This document shows, one piece after another, positions 53,442-64,000 of a DNA stretch of 64,000 nt. The notes beneath the pieces are model-generated. The model was not told the DNA's origin, did not search any database, and saw only the letters and a list, made by a program, of their open reading frames with translations. How positions within the stretch are numbered: position 1 is the stretch's first letter; every line of letters starts with the position of its first letter. The stretch is from Octopus vulgaris (lineage: Eukaryota). Location: contig OX597821.1 of NCBI GenBank assembly GCA_951406725.2, positions 2,604,001-2,668,000 of the forward strand, read 5' to 3'. The translations under genes were made by a program, and so were the position numbers.

Positions 53442-54618
53442 ACATATATAATCCAATGGAAATTTAATCAGACGAATCAATTCCGAAGATACACGGATGG
53501 ATGATACACAACTGTGAGTCTGAGACGAAGAAACTTAATTACGCAAGCTATTATTAGAAATTGTTGTTAGTTTCTTTGCTTTCTCGTTCATTCAACCGAA
53601 ACATGGCGAATGTTTATTGCAATCACGAATGCTATTAGTGAAAGATGCTGAGTGATTGCACGGACACACTTTCGATTCCCCTCTGAGGCTGTTGCATTAT
53701 AGATACGTAATTCTACCACTTAAACGGTCACTGCCTATCGATTAGATGGTAATCGACATACTAGAAATAGTAGCCCTACCTCCCTCAAACACAGCCTAAT
53801 ATCCTAAGCACACAGTGAATATGATTGGAGGATATACTTATACTTGTTGTATGTCAGTCGAGTCACAATATGATTGTGGCTATAAAATATTATTTAATCA
53901 TAAGTTTGATTAACCAGCGTAGAACTGCTTCTCAGCACTAACATCACCAATAAACACTAACAATCAACCCCAAACAACTACAACTTACATTACAATATTT
54001 TGAGAAAAGTATTGAGTTTTATTGACTGTAGATTTTGATGTAGTGGAGTGATGCGGTTTTCTGCTCGATTAAAGGAAAATATTTCCGATGCTTTCTTCCG
54101 TTTTTGCTGATAGAATCTCACGATCAGAACTGCTGACAGATGTGATAACATGCAATTAAAAAAAACATTATAATATGATTTGAGATCTGAATTCCGACCT
54201 CATGGATATAACCGTAATGACATAAAGTAACTCCTCATATTGCTTAACAGCTCTGACAACTACACTATCTGGATTGCTTCTTGTCTTATCGAGCCCTATT
54301 TAATAAATGCTAAGTTAAAATCGTCGAATTTAGAAACCAGTGCGTTGAATGAATTGGGAAAGCTATTTCGAAAATAATTCTATCTTAGCCACTTTGCTGC
54401 ATAAATCAGATACCGTAAATGGGCTATTTTATGACCAATGAAATGAAATACATTCGTTTGAAATTTTGAAGCAGATCATCATGTTCGGTTAAGGTACTCA
54501 GTTTGTATTCATGTTTTCGACGACGACTGGAAAAGATTGAATTTAACTCGGAACGTAAAAATGGACGAAAAGCCTCCCTAGCATTTTGCCCAGCATGTTC
54601 ACTAATTTAATGAATTTA

Positions 54619-55020
54619 AATATTCTTTTCTACTCTAGGCTCAAGGCCCGAAATTTTGTGGGAGGGGGCCGTTCGATTAGATCGACCCCAGTACGCAAGT
54701 GGTAGCTAATTTATCAACCTCGAAAGGATGAAAGCAAAGTCGACCACGTGGAATTTTGAACTCAGAACGTAGAGGCAGACGAAATGCCTATTTCTTTACT
54801 ACCCACAAGGGGCTAAACATCGAGGAGACAAACAAGGACAGACAGACGGATTAAGTCGATTATATCGACCCCAGTGCGTAACTGGTACTTATTCAATCGT
54901 CTCAGAAAGGATGAAAGGCAAAGTCGACCTCGACAGAATTTGATCTCAGGACGTAGCGAAAGACGAAATGCCGCTAAGCATTTCGCCCGGCGTGCTAACG
55001 TTTCTGCCAGCTCGCAACCC
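54619..55020 (-). mobile_element. Family-B dimeric SINE, full length
   Basis: Reverse complement of family consensus; probable 17-bp TSD ttaatgaatttaaatat / ttaatgaaattagatat. Confidence 0.9.
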
Positions 55021-55782
55021 TTAATGAAATTAGATATGCTAAATAAAAGATAGAGCTGACTCTTTGAACAGTGTTCTCGGCTTCAGGTGAATGACAGAAA
55101 TTTCATATTCCACTCATTTACACATCACTGTCTCCTTAAGGGTTATACAAAATTCCCATAGGGGACACTCCACAGATACAAGTCTGCCATTGACACCTTG
55201 CTTCTAAACATTTGATGCATTGCAATTTCATTTCATATTAAATTTTAATAAATTAATGTTTCGACGTGCCCCACCCTCTTTCAACACTTAGTTATTTATA
55301 TAACGATGGCCTTCTTCAAAGGGAGTGGAGTTTTCATTAATCAAAATCTTATTTTCTACATCAAGTGTGTGAGTGTCTACTTCATCATTATTTCCAATAT
55401 ACACAAATGAATCCGATAAAAATAACTGCCACATCTCCCTCAACATGGACCCTACAAAGGGTAATGGTGATAATCGAAATTCTATTGACTATAATTCTGC
55501 TCTTTCAGATTCTTGCCGAGGCTTAAAAGCACCACAAAGAGATACGAATTGCACTAAAAATGTCTAAATAGTCATTATAACATGCTAGATAGAAATAGTA
55601 AGATCCTCTTCAATCACACAACACGTTCTTCAACAAAGAAAGGATGGAATAGAAATTCCAGTCGGAATCATCAACCAGAAATGTCAGGATGGGTCCTTCC
55701 GAATACGTTTAATCCTGGAAATACACGCATACACGCACACGTATGTGTGTGTGCGCGCGCGCGTATATATATATATATATAT

Positions 55783-55947
55783 ACGTGGAGTAAGCGAAAC
55801 AGGGACAACTGAAGAAGGGGAATATTCCTGGTGTTGTACGTCTTCTACTCTGTTTTTTCGTTGTTTGAAAAAAGTTCGTTTCCATGTTTTTTGTTTTTAT
55901 GTATTCGTTTCTCATTGTGTTCAACGTTTTTTTTATTTCCTGTACCT
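55783..55947 (+). mobile_element. Short TA-flanked repeat fragment, probably a PLE 3' end
   Basis: Loosely related in reverse orientation to 50805-50910; contains CTGAAGA but no linked GAAA. Confidence 0.35.
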
Positions 55948-56089
55948 ATATATGCATGTATATATACATATAGATGTAGGTATGTACATATATGTATGTA
56001 TGCATATATTCATATGTTATTTATATTATATATATACACAACGAGAATATTTCAAGTGTTTTCTTAAACACAGGTTTAAATGCACGAGT

Positions 56090-56702
56090 TAGTTTCACCG
56101 TGTGTTCATACATTAAGTAAATCTGTATATTACTTCTCTATACTATTCTCGGATCCATTTGATCCTCTTTCATTTTTCTCATTGTAGTGGATGTGGTTGT
56201 GGACTTGTAGAGGGTCAAGGTGGGGCAGTTCCCTTTCATGTGACCATCCAAGTTCCTATGCAGAGAAGGGTTTGTGCCAGTGGATGACTTTTCAACTCCG
56301 GGCCGGCTCTCTCCTGGGGGACGCGCTATCAGATTAACCATAGGACAAGCTATTTGGTGTTCTGTCGTAGTTTGTCTTTTGGTTTCGTAAGACATATCTG
56401 TGCTACATGAATATTATAAATATTGAGCTCTGTATCATGGAAGATAGAAAGACGGTTGTTGTCTCCGCTACTATTGTCAACTCCGCCATTTATACCGTTA
56501 CAGTTACTTTAATCTTGCTATTACAGCATTGCTCATCGTTAGTTACCACCTCGTTAGGTACCACATGAGTGTTTTGTCCATGATCCTTAAACAACCCTTA
56601 TTCAAGGAACTTTTGAGCGAGATGGGCTACTCGACCCGAGGAAAATTCTAACTGGGCTCCATCTGGAAGGTCATGCGCTGTTTATCTTGATATAATATCA
56701 CT
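56090..56702 (-). mobile_element. 5' portion of a Dong/R4-like non-LTR retrotransposon (decayed)
   Basis: ORF start 56395 (ARPPGESRPGVE) then shifted frame RIKWIRE*YREVIY, resembling the N-terminal KWTREE motif of Dong/R4 ORFs; upstream segment shared with 16935-17065. Confidence 0.5.
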
Positions 56703-57984
56703 AGGTCTTGATCTGTATCGTTGTGGCTAACCTTTGTAGCAATGGTAACAGTATAACTGTTATTTAGTTAAGTCTGCCATCTTTGCTCCTACTACTCTTT
56801 GGTATTATTGAATATTTAGTTTCAACATTTGTCTTGTACTTGAGATAGTCATTAATATGTGAGGGTTGGAGTAGACAGTCGAAGGAAGAGAATCAGTGTA
56901 TAGACCAAATTCCACAGGTCTGTAAATAGTGAGAAAAAATGGTGAGAAAAAGATCGACAATGGGCCTTGGCATTCCTATGCGATCAGGAGACATAAGAAG
57001 CGTCACACCCTTGGAATCAGTAGAGTTCAGAAGTGTTTACTACTACTAGCGATCAATGAGAGCGCTGAGCTTCGCCATGGAACGAACCAATTCACCTTGC
57101 GCTATTTTTAATTACTGATAGAAAAGGTAACAATATATATATATATATACCGGTGTTTACATAGTCGAATTTCTGAATATTTGAAATCTTGTTTGAATCG
57201 TTTTGATTTTTTCTTTTCTTTTTATTAGTTTTGCTGCGGTTTACGGTTATCGTAATTGTGTAGTTTGTATATATTGGGAGGTGCTTACTTCTTAATTTTT
57301 ATCATGCGATTCATTTTGTTGTTGCAATAAAATGTTTGTTTACATGCTCGAGTAGTTATGGAGAAAAGAAACGCAACAATTTCACAGAAAATTGTAGATA
57401 TTAAAGTTTTAAAATTTTCTAAAGATGATCGTTTTTATGTCCAAACAAAGAAAATAGCAGCGTTCTTACAATAAAAATGATGTTTACATTTTCGAATACT
57501 CAGGGAGAAAGGAAAGGATAGGTATTCATAGAATATGATGATCGTTTATGTGTTTGAAAACTGTAGATATGTAAGTTTCTAAACTTATTTTGTTGGAAAT
57601 TTTAAATACTCACAGAAAATTGTTGATATTCCTGTTTTTGAGATTTGTTTTTCAGTTGTATTGCTAGGTTGTATTAGTGTTTCTTTGCTTTCGGCTACTG
57701 ACTGGCCATACTATCCTACCAATGTGAGCTAAAATGCTGCAATACCGAACGATGGAATTTAAACAGTGAATGACCTAATTTCTTTGCTTAACTTTTTTTA
57801 ATTTTCCTTTTTCTCATTTTTCTGTCTTTCTTCCCCCTTTTTCTCTATCACATAACGTTGCAAATGAAAAATATTGTGTGTTTATTGTAATGGCTTACCA
57901 ATATATACAGTACGTTTCTCTGCCCTATGTATCAGGAAGACATTCGGCAAGAAGTGGAAACAACTGAAAGAAGATACTAATGAA

Positions 57985-58090
<106 letters not shown>

Positions 58091-58540
58091 GGGCGAATGT
58101 GATAGTCGATTACATCGATGCCAGTATTATACTGGTACTCATTCCATCGACCCTGAAGGGATGAAAAGCAAAGTCAACCTCAGCGGAATTCGAACTCAGA
58201 AGGTAAAGATGGACTAAATGTCGCTAAGCCTTTCCCCCGGCATACTAATGATTGTAGTATTTCTGCTAATAGGCACAAGACCTGAAATTCGTGGAGGTGG
58301 ATGTTAGTCGATTTAATATGTCTCAAATACGCTACAAGTACTTATTTTATCGACCGTTAGAAAATGATAGGCAAAATTTACCGCGCCGGAATTTGAACTT
58401 AGAATTTTGCTGAGGTGAACTTTGCTTTTCATCCTTGAAATAATTGCCACATGAGCGCTGGGGTCGTTGCCATCGGCTAGCCCCCTCCAACCCCAAAATT
58501 TCAGGCCTTGTGCCTATAGTAGAAAGAATGATTTTTCTAA
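58091..58540. mobile_element. Cluster of three degenerate family-B SINE pieces (two minus, one plus)
   Basis: Core motifs at about 58160 (-), 58350 (-) and 58420 (+). Confidence 0.7.
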
Positions 58541-58554
58541 TCATTTGTCGAAAT

Positions 58555-58790
58555 GTTAGTGGTTAGAGGGCTCCATTGATGATCGGAAGATTGCGGTTTC
58601 GATTCATGTTCGACACAATGCGATATATCCTCGAACAAAGTACCAAAGTTCATGCTCCCTGAGCCCGCTCAACAGGCAAATTGAATAATCCGGCGACGAG
58701 CAGGTCTACTACCTAGTGGTTGTGAGGTTCATAGAAGCCTGAAAATCCGGGGAAACAGCATCCTGTGTCTATGGCTCGGAAGGACATTTG
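58555..58790 (+). mobile_element. Old tRNA-derived SINE
   Basis: agtggttagag (A box), ggtttcgattc (B box), tail ggctcggaaggac. Confidence 0.5.
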
Positions 58791-58868
58791 ATCCTTTTTC
58801 ACTTGTTTTAGTAAAAGTAATATTAGTAGTAATTATATCAAAGCAGCAGCAGTAGTGGTAGCAGCAGC

Positions 58869-58902
<34 letters not shown>

Positions 58903-59662
58903 TTAGTAGTTCGAATGACATCAGCTAGTTTATCGATCATATATTTCGTGTCTGGCATTTGAATAGAAATCAATTCTGCACCAGTCCATTGTAATATATT
59001 TGCATAATTGATTCAATAATAGAAGATTTAATTAAAATTTTAAAATAGAAAGACAGAGAGATTGAGAGAGAAAGACAAAGAAAAGGAGCGATATTTAAAA
59101 AAAATGTTATTTATATAAAAGAAAGAAAGAAATCATACTACAGGAACACATTGTTCTATCCGTTCTTTGTCATTTTAATTACGACATCAACAATTTTATC
59201 TTGTTTTAAAAAGAAGCAGAAATCGTCGACTATGAACTTTGAAAACATGAACAATAAACAAAACTGGTTATTGTTGTACTGCTGTTGTTGTACAACATCG
59301 GGTCAGCTCTTGATCGAGCAGACCAATGATTAAAGACAACCAAACCTTGACCATCCTGCATCATTTGTTTTTGATCAAATTTTTTATTATTTTCTTTTCA
59401 ACATTGTGTATCTAAGACTGCATTATCTCGGCTGTAGTGGACACACGAATCTTAGTGATCTGATTCTAATTTGGAGTGGCGACGGTGCGATATCAGAAAG
59501 ATTTGTCCGCTATTTTGCCAGGTCTGACGATGGCAAAGAGGCTCCATAAGTTATTCCAAACTTTACAGGTATTGTTTAGGAGTCCATTATTCTATACATA
59601 CATACATACATACATACATACATACATCCGTACATACATACATACATACATACATACATACA

Positions 59663-59696
<34 letters not shown>

Positions 59697-59793
59697 CAGG
59701 TACATATTTTTATGTATATATATATATACATGTATATACATAAAAAGAATTCTTCTTCTCTAAACCCCAAAAACCATTTGACCTTCCCTCATT

Positions 59794-59833
<40 letters not shown>

Positions 59834-60434
59834 AATGATAAAGAGAAATATAATTTATGGTCTACCTCCCCGCCAACACACACTCAATAACACTATGAAA
59901 TGGTCAAAACTGAAATTCTTTTTCCCCTTGGAGTAAGCATGCTGTCCAGCAGAGCAAATAAAATTATTTTCTTCTTCTTTCCTCTCCCTTCCGCTCCTTT
60001 TCTTTAGCACTCATTCCAAATACAAAAGAACACACACGCACAGGCACACACACACACTCACATGCTCTCTCTCTCACTTTCTCCTCATCCATCACCCTCT
60101 TGTACTGTCTTATATTCCTCCCCAACACTACAAACTCAATACCACTATAAAATGGTCAAAACTTTTCACACAGGAATTTGGTTCGGTTTGAAAACCCCAC
60201 TAGAATGGGGGAAAGCGGTGATACATGATCTAAGTTAAATGATGAATAAAAAAATGTAATATACAAATAAATATATGTATATATAAACCATCCGATTTTC
60301 TAAATACCTCATTTCTTCTTATATAAAATACCTGTACATCATCTCCATACCTTCCGCACATCTGTATATATATACATATATGTATATATGCACATACACG
60401 CACACACGCGCGCACATATATATGTATATATACA

Positions 60435-60712
60435 TAGATGAGGTGGACATCAAAAAAATTAAGAACGAATATCTCAAATCATTTATGTTAATCAAATTAG
60501 GGTGAAGTTAATTTGAAGTTTTATAGATATTTCGGGGATATCTCAAGTGACAGACGACTAATTACGTACCGGATATTCCGTCATCAGAGACAGAGTGCTC
60601 ATCTATGATAGTTCTAGAGAGGGAAATTCAAAATTCATAAATAATAAAATAGAAGAATAAAGACGAAAATTAGATATAAATATACAGTCAGGCTAAGAAA
60701 ATTTCATATGTC
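60435..60712 (-). mobile_element. TA-flanked hammerhead-bearing element (PLE-derived)
   Basis: Non-coding block between TA tracts containing a hammerhead motif. Confidence 0.5.
60518..60591 (-). ncRNA. Type I hammerhead motif with extended stem II (partly decayed)
   Basis: Minus: gtct CTGATGA c ggaatatc ...29 nt... gatatccc c GAAA tatcta TA aaac. Confidence 0.6.
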
Positions 60713-60740
60713 TATATGTATGTGTGTATATATATAAGTG

Positions 60741-60790
<50 letters not shown>

Positions 60791-61209
60791 CATAAAGACA
60801 CACACACACACACACACACCCATATATATATATATATAACTATATATATATACATACATTTATAGAAGTATTTAGGTACAAAAAAGTTGGAAAATTCCAC
60901 AGATGTAAAACAAAGGTAGCGTAAAATGCTATTTGGTTAAAGCCTTCCCAAATACCTTCACAAACATGTCTCCACGTAACCATTCATCATCTATGAGACT
61001 CACAAACACTCACAAACATCCGGTTCGTTGCCGGATGACTCATTTTGCCTGTTGATCGGGCTCAGGTAGCCTGAAATTTGGTACTTTGCTCGGGAACATA
61101 ACAGGGATTAGAACTTATAAGTAGTCTTTACTGGTCCCTATTATCATAACTATCGGATGAATTGATACGTGGAACCCTGAGTGAAAGATGTGCATATATT
61201 TTCAACTTT

Positions 61210-61231
61210 AATAATAACGATAATAAAAATG

Positions 61232-61328
<97 letters not shown>

Positions 61329-61372
61329 AAAATAAAAATAGTAATAATAATAATGATAATAATGATAATAAT
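61210..61372. repeat. (AAT)n microsatellite
   Basis: Trinucleotide run. Confidence 0.97.
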
Positions 61373-62279
61373 ATATACGCACACACAAATAGATATATAT
61401 ATGTATGTATGTATTTATATATATTTATTTATAGACATATGTAGAAATATATATGTAGAATTATGTAGAAATATACACGTGAGTATGTACATGAATACAT
61501 ATATAAGTATGTGTGTATGTGTGTGTGAGCAGGATGTGTAATATATCTAGTATGTTCATAGTGTGAGGACTCTAAATGCGTGCTGTAGTTGTTCATTGAA
61601 TTGGAGTCTTAACGTTAATTATCGTTTATTTTAGCATGAGTTCGAAATAAATGGCATTCCGGAGAATATATCTTTACAATGCAAATTATGTACTTTTACT
61701 ACGATGTAGAATAAATGCACAATAATTCCTCACTGCTTTAGGGGGTTGACATATACCTGTAGAGATTTGGTTAATTAAAGATATCTAATTATATTAGTCG
61801 TGTAAGACTAATTATACATTGTTGTAAGGAATGTGTGATGTAATTTCCTTAACACTTGGTAGTTCATTAAAAGTGTAATTAGACGTAATTATTGTTAACA
61901 AGGTAAGATGGAATAAGAGCAGAAATCCAAACTTGAAAGACAACTATCTTCACAAACGGATATTCTCCGTCTGTCTGCATGTCTGTCTTTCTCTCTCTGT
62001 CTTATAACGCAATCGCATTTTTCTCCCACTTTCACTTCTGGTGTAGCATCCTGAGACAGTTCAGGCATAGATATACACATTTAGGCTGGCAAGCGTATAT
62101 GTACGTGTATCTAGATATGTGTATGTAATATGTATATATATACATACAAACATACATACATACATATATATATATATACACTCATCCATATATATACTTA
62201 TATATATATACATATATATAAGTATATATATATAGATGAGTGTGTATGTATATATATATATATATATATACATATATAC

Positions 62280-62330
<51 letters not shown>

Positions 62331-62338
62331 TACATACG

Positions 62339-62386
<48 letters not shown>

Positions 62387-62563
62387 GTAAAATTAACAGA
62401 AAACAAGCAGATAGGTACAGAAACAACAAGCAGGTGTATTATTAGTACAATGTTAGGGGAAAATGGAAAAGTCCTTTTTTTTTCTTTTGAGCCTACGCTC
62501 TTCGAGAGAAAGTATTAGGAGGGAAAAATAAAGAGAGAATATAAAACGCGGAGAGAAAAAAAA

Positions 62564-62609
<46 letters not shown>

Positions 62610-62618
62610 CACACAAAT

Positions 62619-62708
<90 letters not shown>
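62619..62708. repeat. (GATA)n microsatellite
   Basis: Tetranucleotide run. Confidence 0.97.
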
Positions 62709-62736
62709 GTAAATATGTGTTTATTATATGAAATAA

Positions 62737-62935
62737 GGCGGAGTGCTGTCAGAATAGCTAGCACGCTCGTGAAAATGCTAAGCAGTTTTCCGCCCGGCTT
62801 TAGCTTCTGAGTTCAAATTCAACCAACGATGATTGTACATTTGATGCTTTCGGGGACGAGATAAATGAACCACTTGATCACTGTGGTCGTTATAATCGAC
62901 TCATCCTGTCCCCTTAAATGTCTGGTCTTGTGCTA
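62737..62935 (+). mobile_element. Degenerate monomeric family-B SINE
   Basis: ggcggagtgctgtcagaat head, gagttcaaattc B box, tataatcgac. Confidence 0.7.
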
Positions 62936-63284
62936 CACCTTGTACTGTGGTTAGGCTGCTGTAATGTCAAGCTTGCGGGCAGAGCTACTGGATCGGATGA
63001 TGTATGTTTTCGTTGTTTAATGAGTACATTTTTTGAGTGTTTTTCCAGTGTATCCATATGAAATTGAATATTATCTATGTGGTTAAGCTACCTCATTGTC
63101 ATCAAACTATCATATCATTGGTGTTCAGGTGATACAAGTTTAAGAGGAGGACTGACAGGTTAACTAAGTTTGCTCACACCTACGAAGGCACCGAAATTAA
63201 TTTTAAATAGCGGGTCAGATTTTACGAAATTGCAGACCCTAGTAATTGAGGAATAATGAGTTCTAGTAAATACACTTATGCATA

Positions 63285-63335
<51 letters not shown>

Positions 63336-64000
63336 ACACCCGTACATACATATGTATGTATGTATGTATGCATGATTCATTGTGCATGTCTCCGTGCACA
63401 CGTGTGTGACGCGGCTTTCAAATTGTACAGTTGCTCGCATATTAAAAAACCAGGTAGAAGCTATAACTATCGTCCTGTTTTATTAGTTGTTTATAGCTTA
63501 CATTACTATTTAAGAAACACATAAGCACCATCACACAGACACACACACACATACACGTATATGATATCTGATTAATAATTTGAAACAGAATACAGCCTCT
63601 AGATTTACTAATAACATATTTTATTAAATATTCATAGCAAAGTAATGATAAACATTTTTTTGTCTGCACTTCTTTATTCTTCCTTTACTTGGAGTTTCGG
63701 CTTTGATTTGACAAAAGAATATGCCAAGCTCAGTATGGAAAGCATCTGAACCCCTTGATACTAAATATGTCTTGTTATCTTGTGACTTTGGGAAATTTGA
63801 CACTGCCTTACCATCGTTATAATTTTGAAATATTCTAGAATTTTAGCCATTTAATTTCTAGGCATGACGAACAGTGATATTTTTAAAAAAATGTTTTTAT
63901 TTCCTTGATGTTAGGAGTATTGGATGATGTCATTGTGAAGGTGTGAACCATTGTGGTTCTTTTAACTTGTTAAAACTATTGACATCAAGGAATTAAATAT

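Noticed and set aside
53760-53810. Recurring ctagaaatagcagcc-like motif (also about 20490, 23177, 29104, 55586) as a regulatory site
   Set aside because: Better explained as remnants of an old dispersed repeat; boundaries not definable
55790-55840. CTGAAGA followed by a hairpin as a hammerhead
   Set aside because: No correctly placed GAAA/stem III; at most a truncated permuted motif
60185-60225. ttgaaaa cccca..tgggg GAAA hammerhead-like motif (similar weak cases at 34161-34197, 44320-44365, 8025-8070)
   Set aside because: Two or more core mismatches; cannot be supported without a consensus

Overview
AT-rich, microsatellite-dense animal (eukaryotic) DNA. The SINE families and repeat landscape look like an octopus/coleoid cephalopod genome; this is inferred from sequence recognition, not a database search. 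There is no confident host gene. Almost every ORF in the track is a translated microsatellite, and only one candidate terminal exon (52716-53020) stands out. The window holds a decayed Penelope-like element (RT + GIY-YIG, about 12990-15400), a second Penelope GIY-YIG fragment, RTE and Dong/R4 LINE fragments, Tc1 relics, a piggyBac-type MITE, a Helentron-type HINE and many tRNA-derived SINEs, one expanded to a 5-unit array. The most interesting signal is a set of small non-coding elements, mostly sitting inside (TA)n tracts, that carry hammerhead ribozyme motifs (CUGANGA...GAAA..NUH). These belong to several unrelated families, have short near-palindromic stem III and share an unpaired base pair at the foot of stem II. 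Several form fold-back inverted repeats. A separate 771-bp non-coding unit has perfect 105-bp direct repeats and a highly structured RNA domain (retrozyme/pLTR-like). Coordinates were read by eye and edges of old repeats are approximate.
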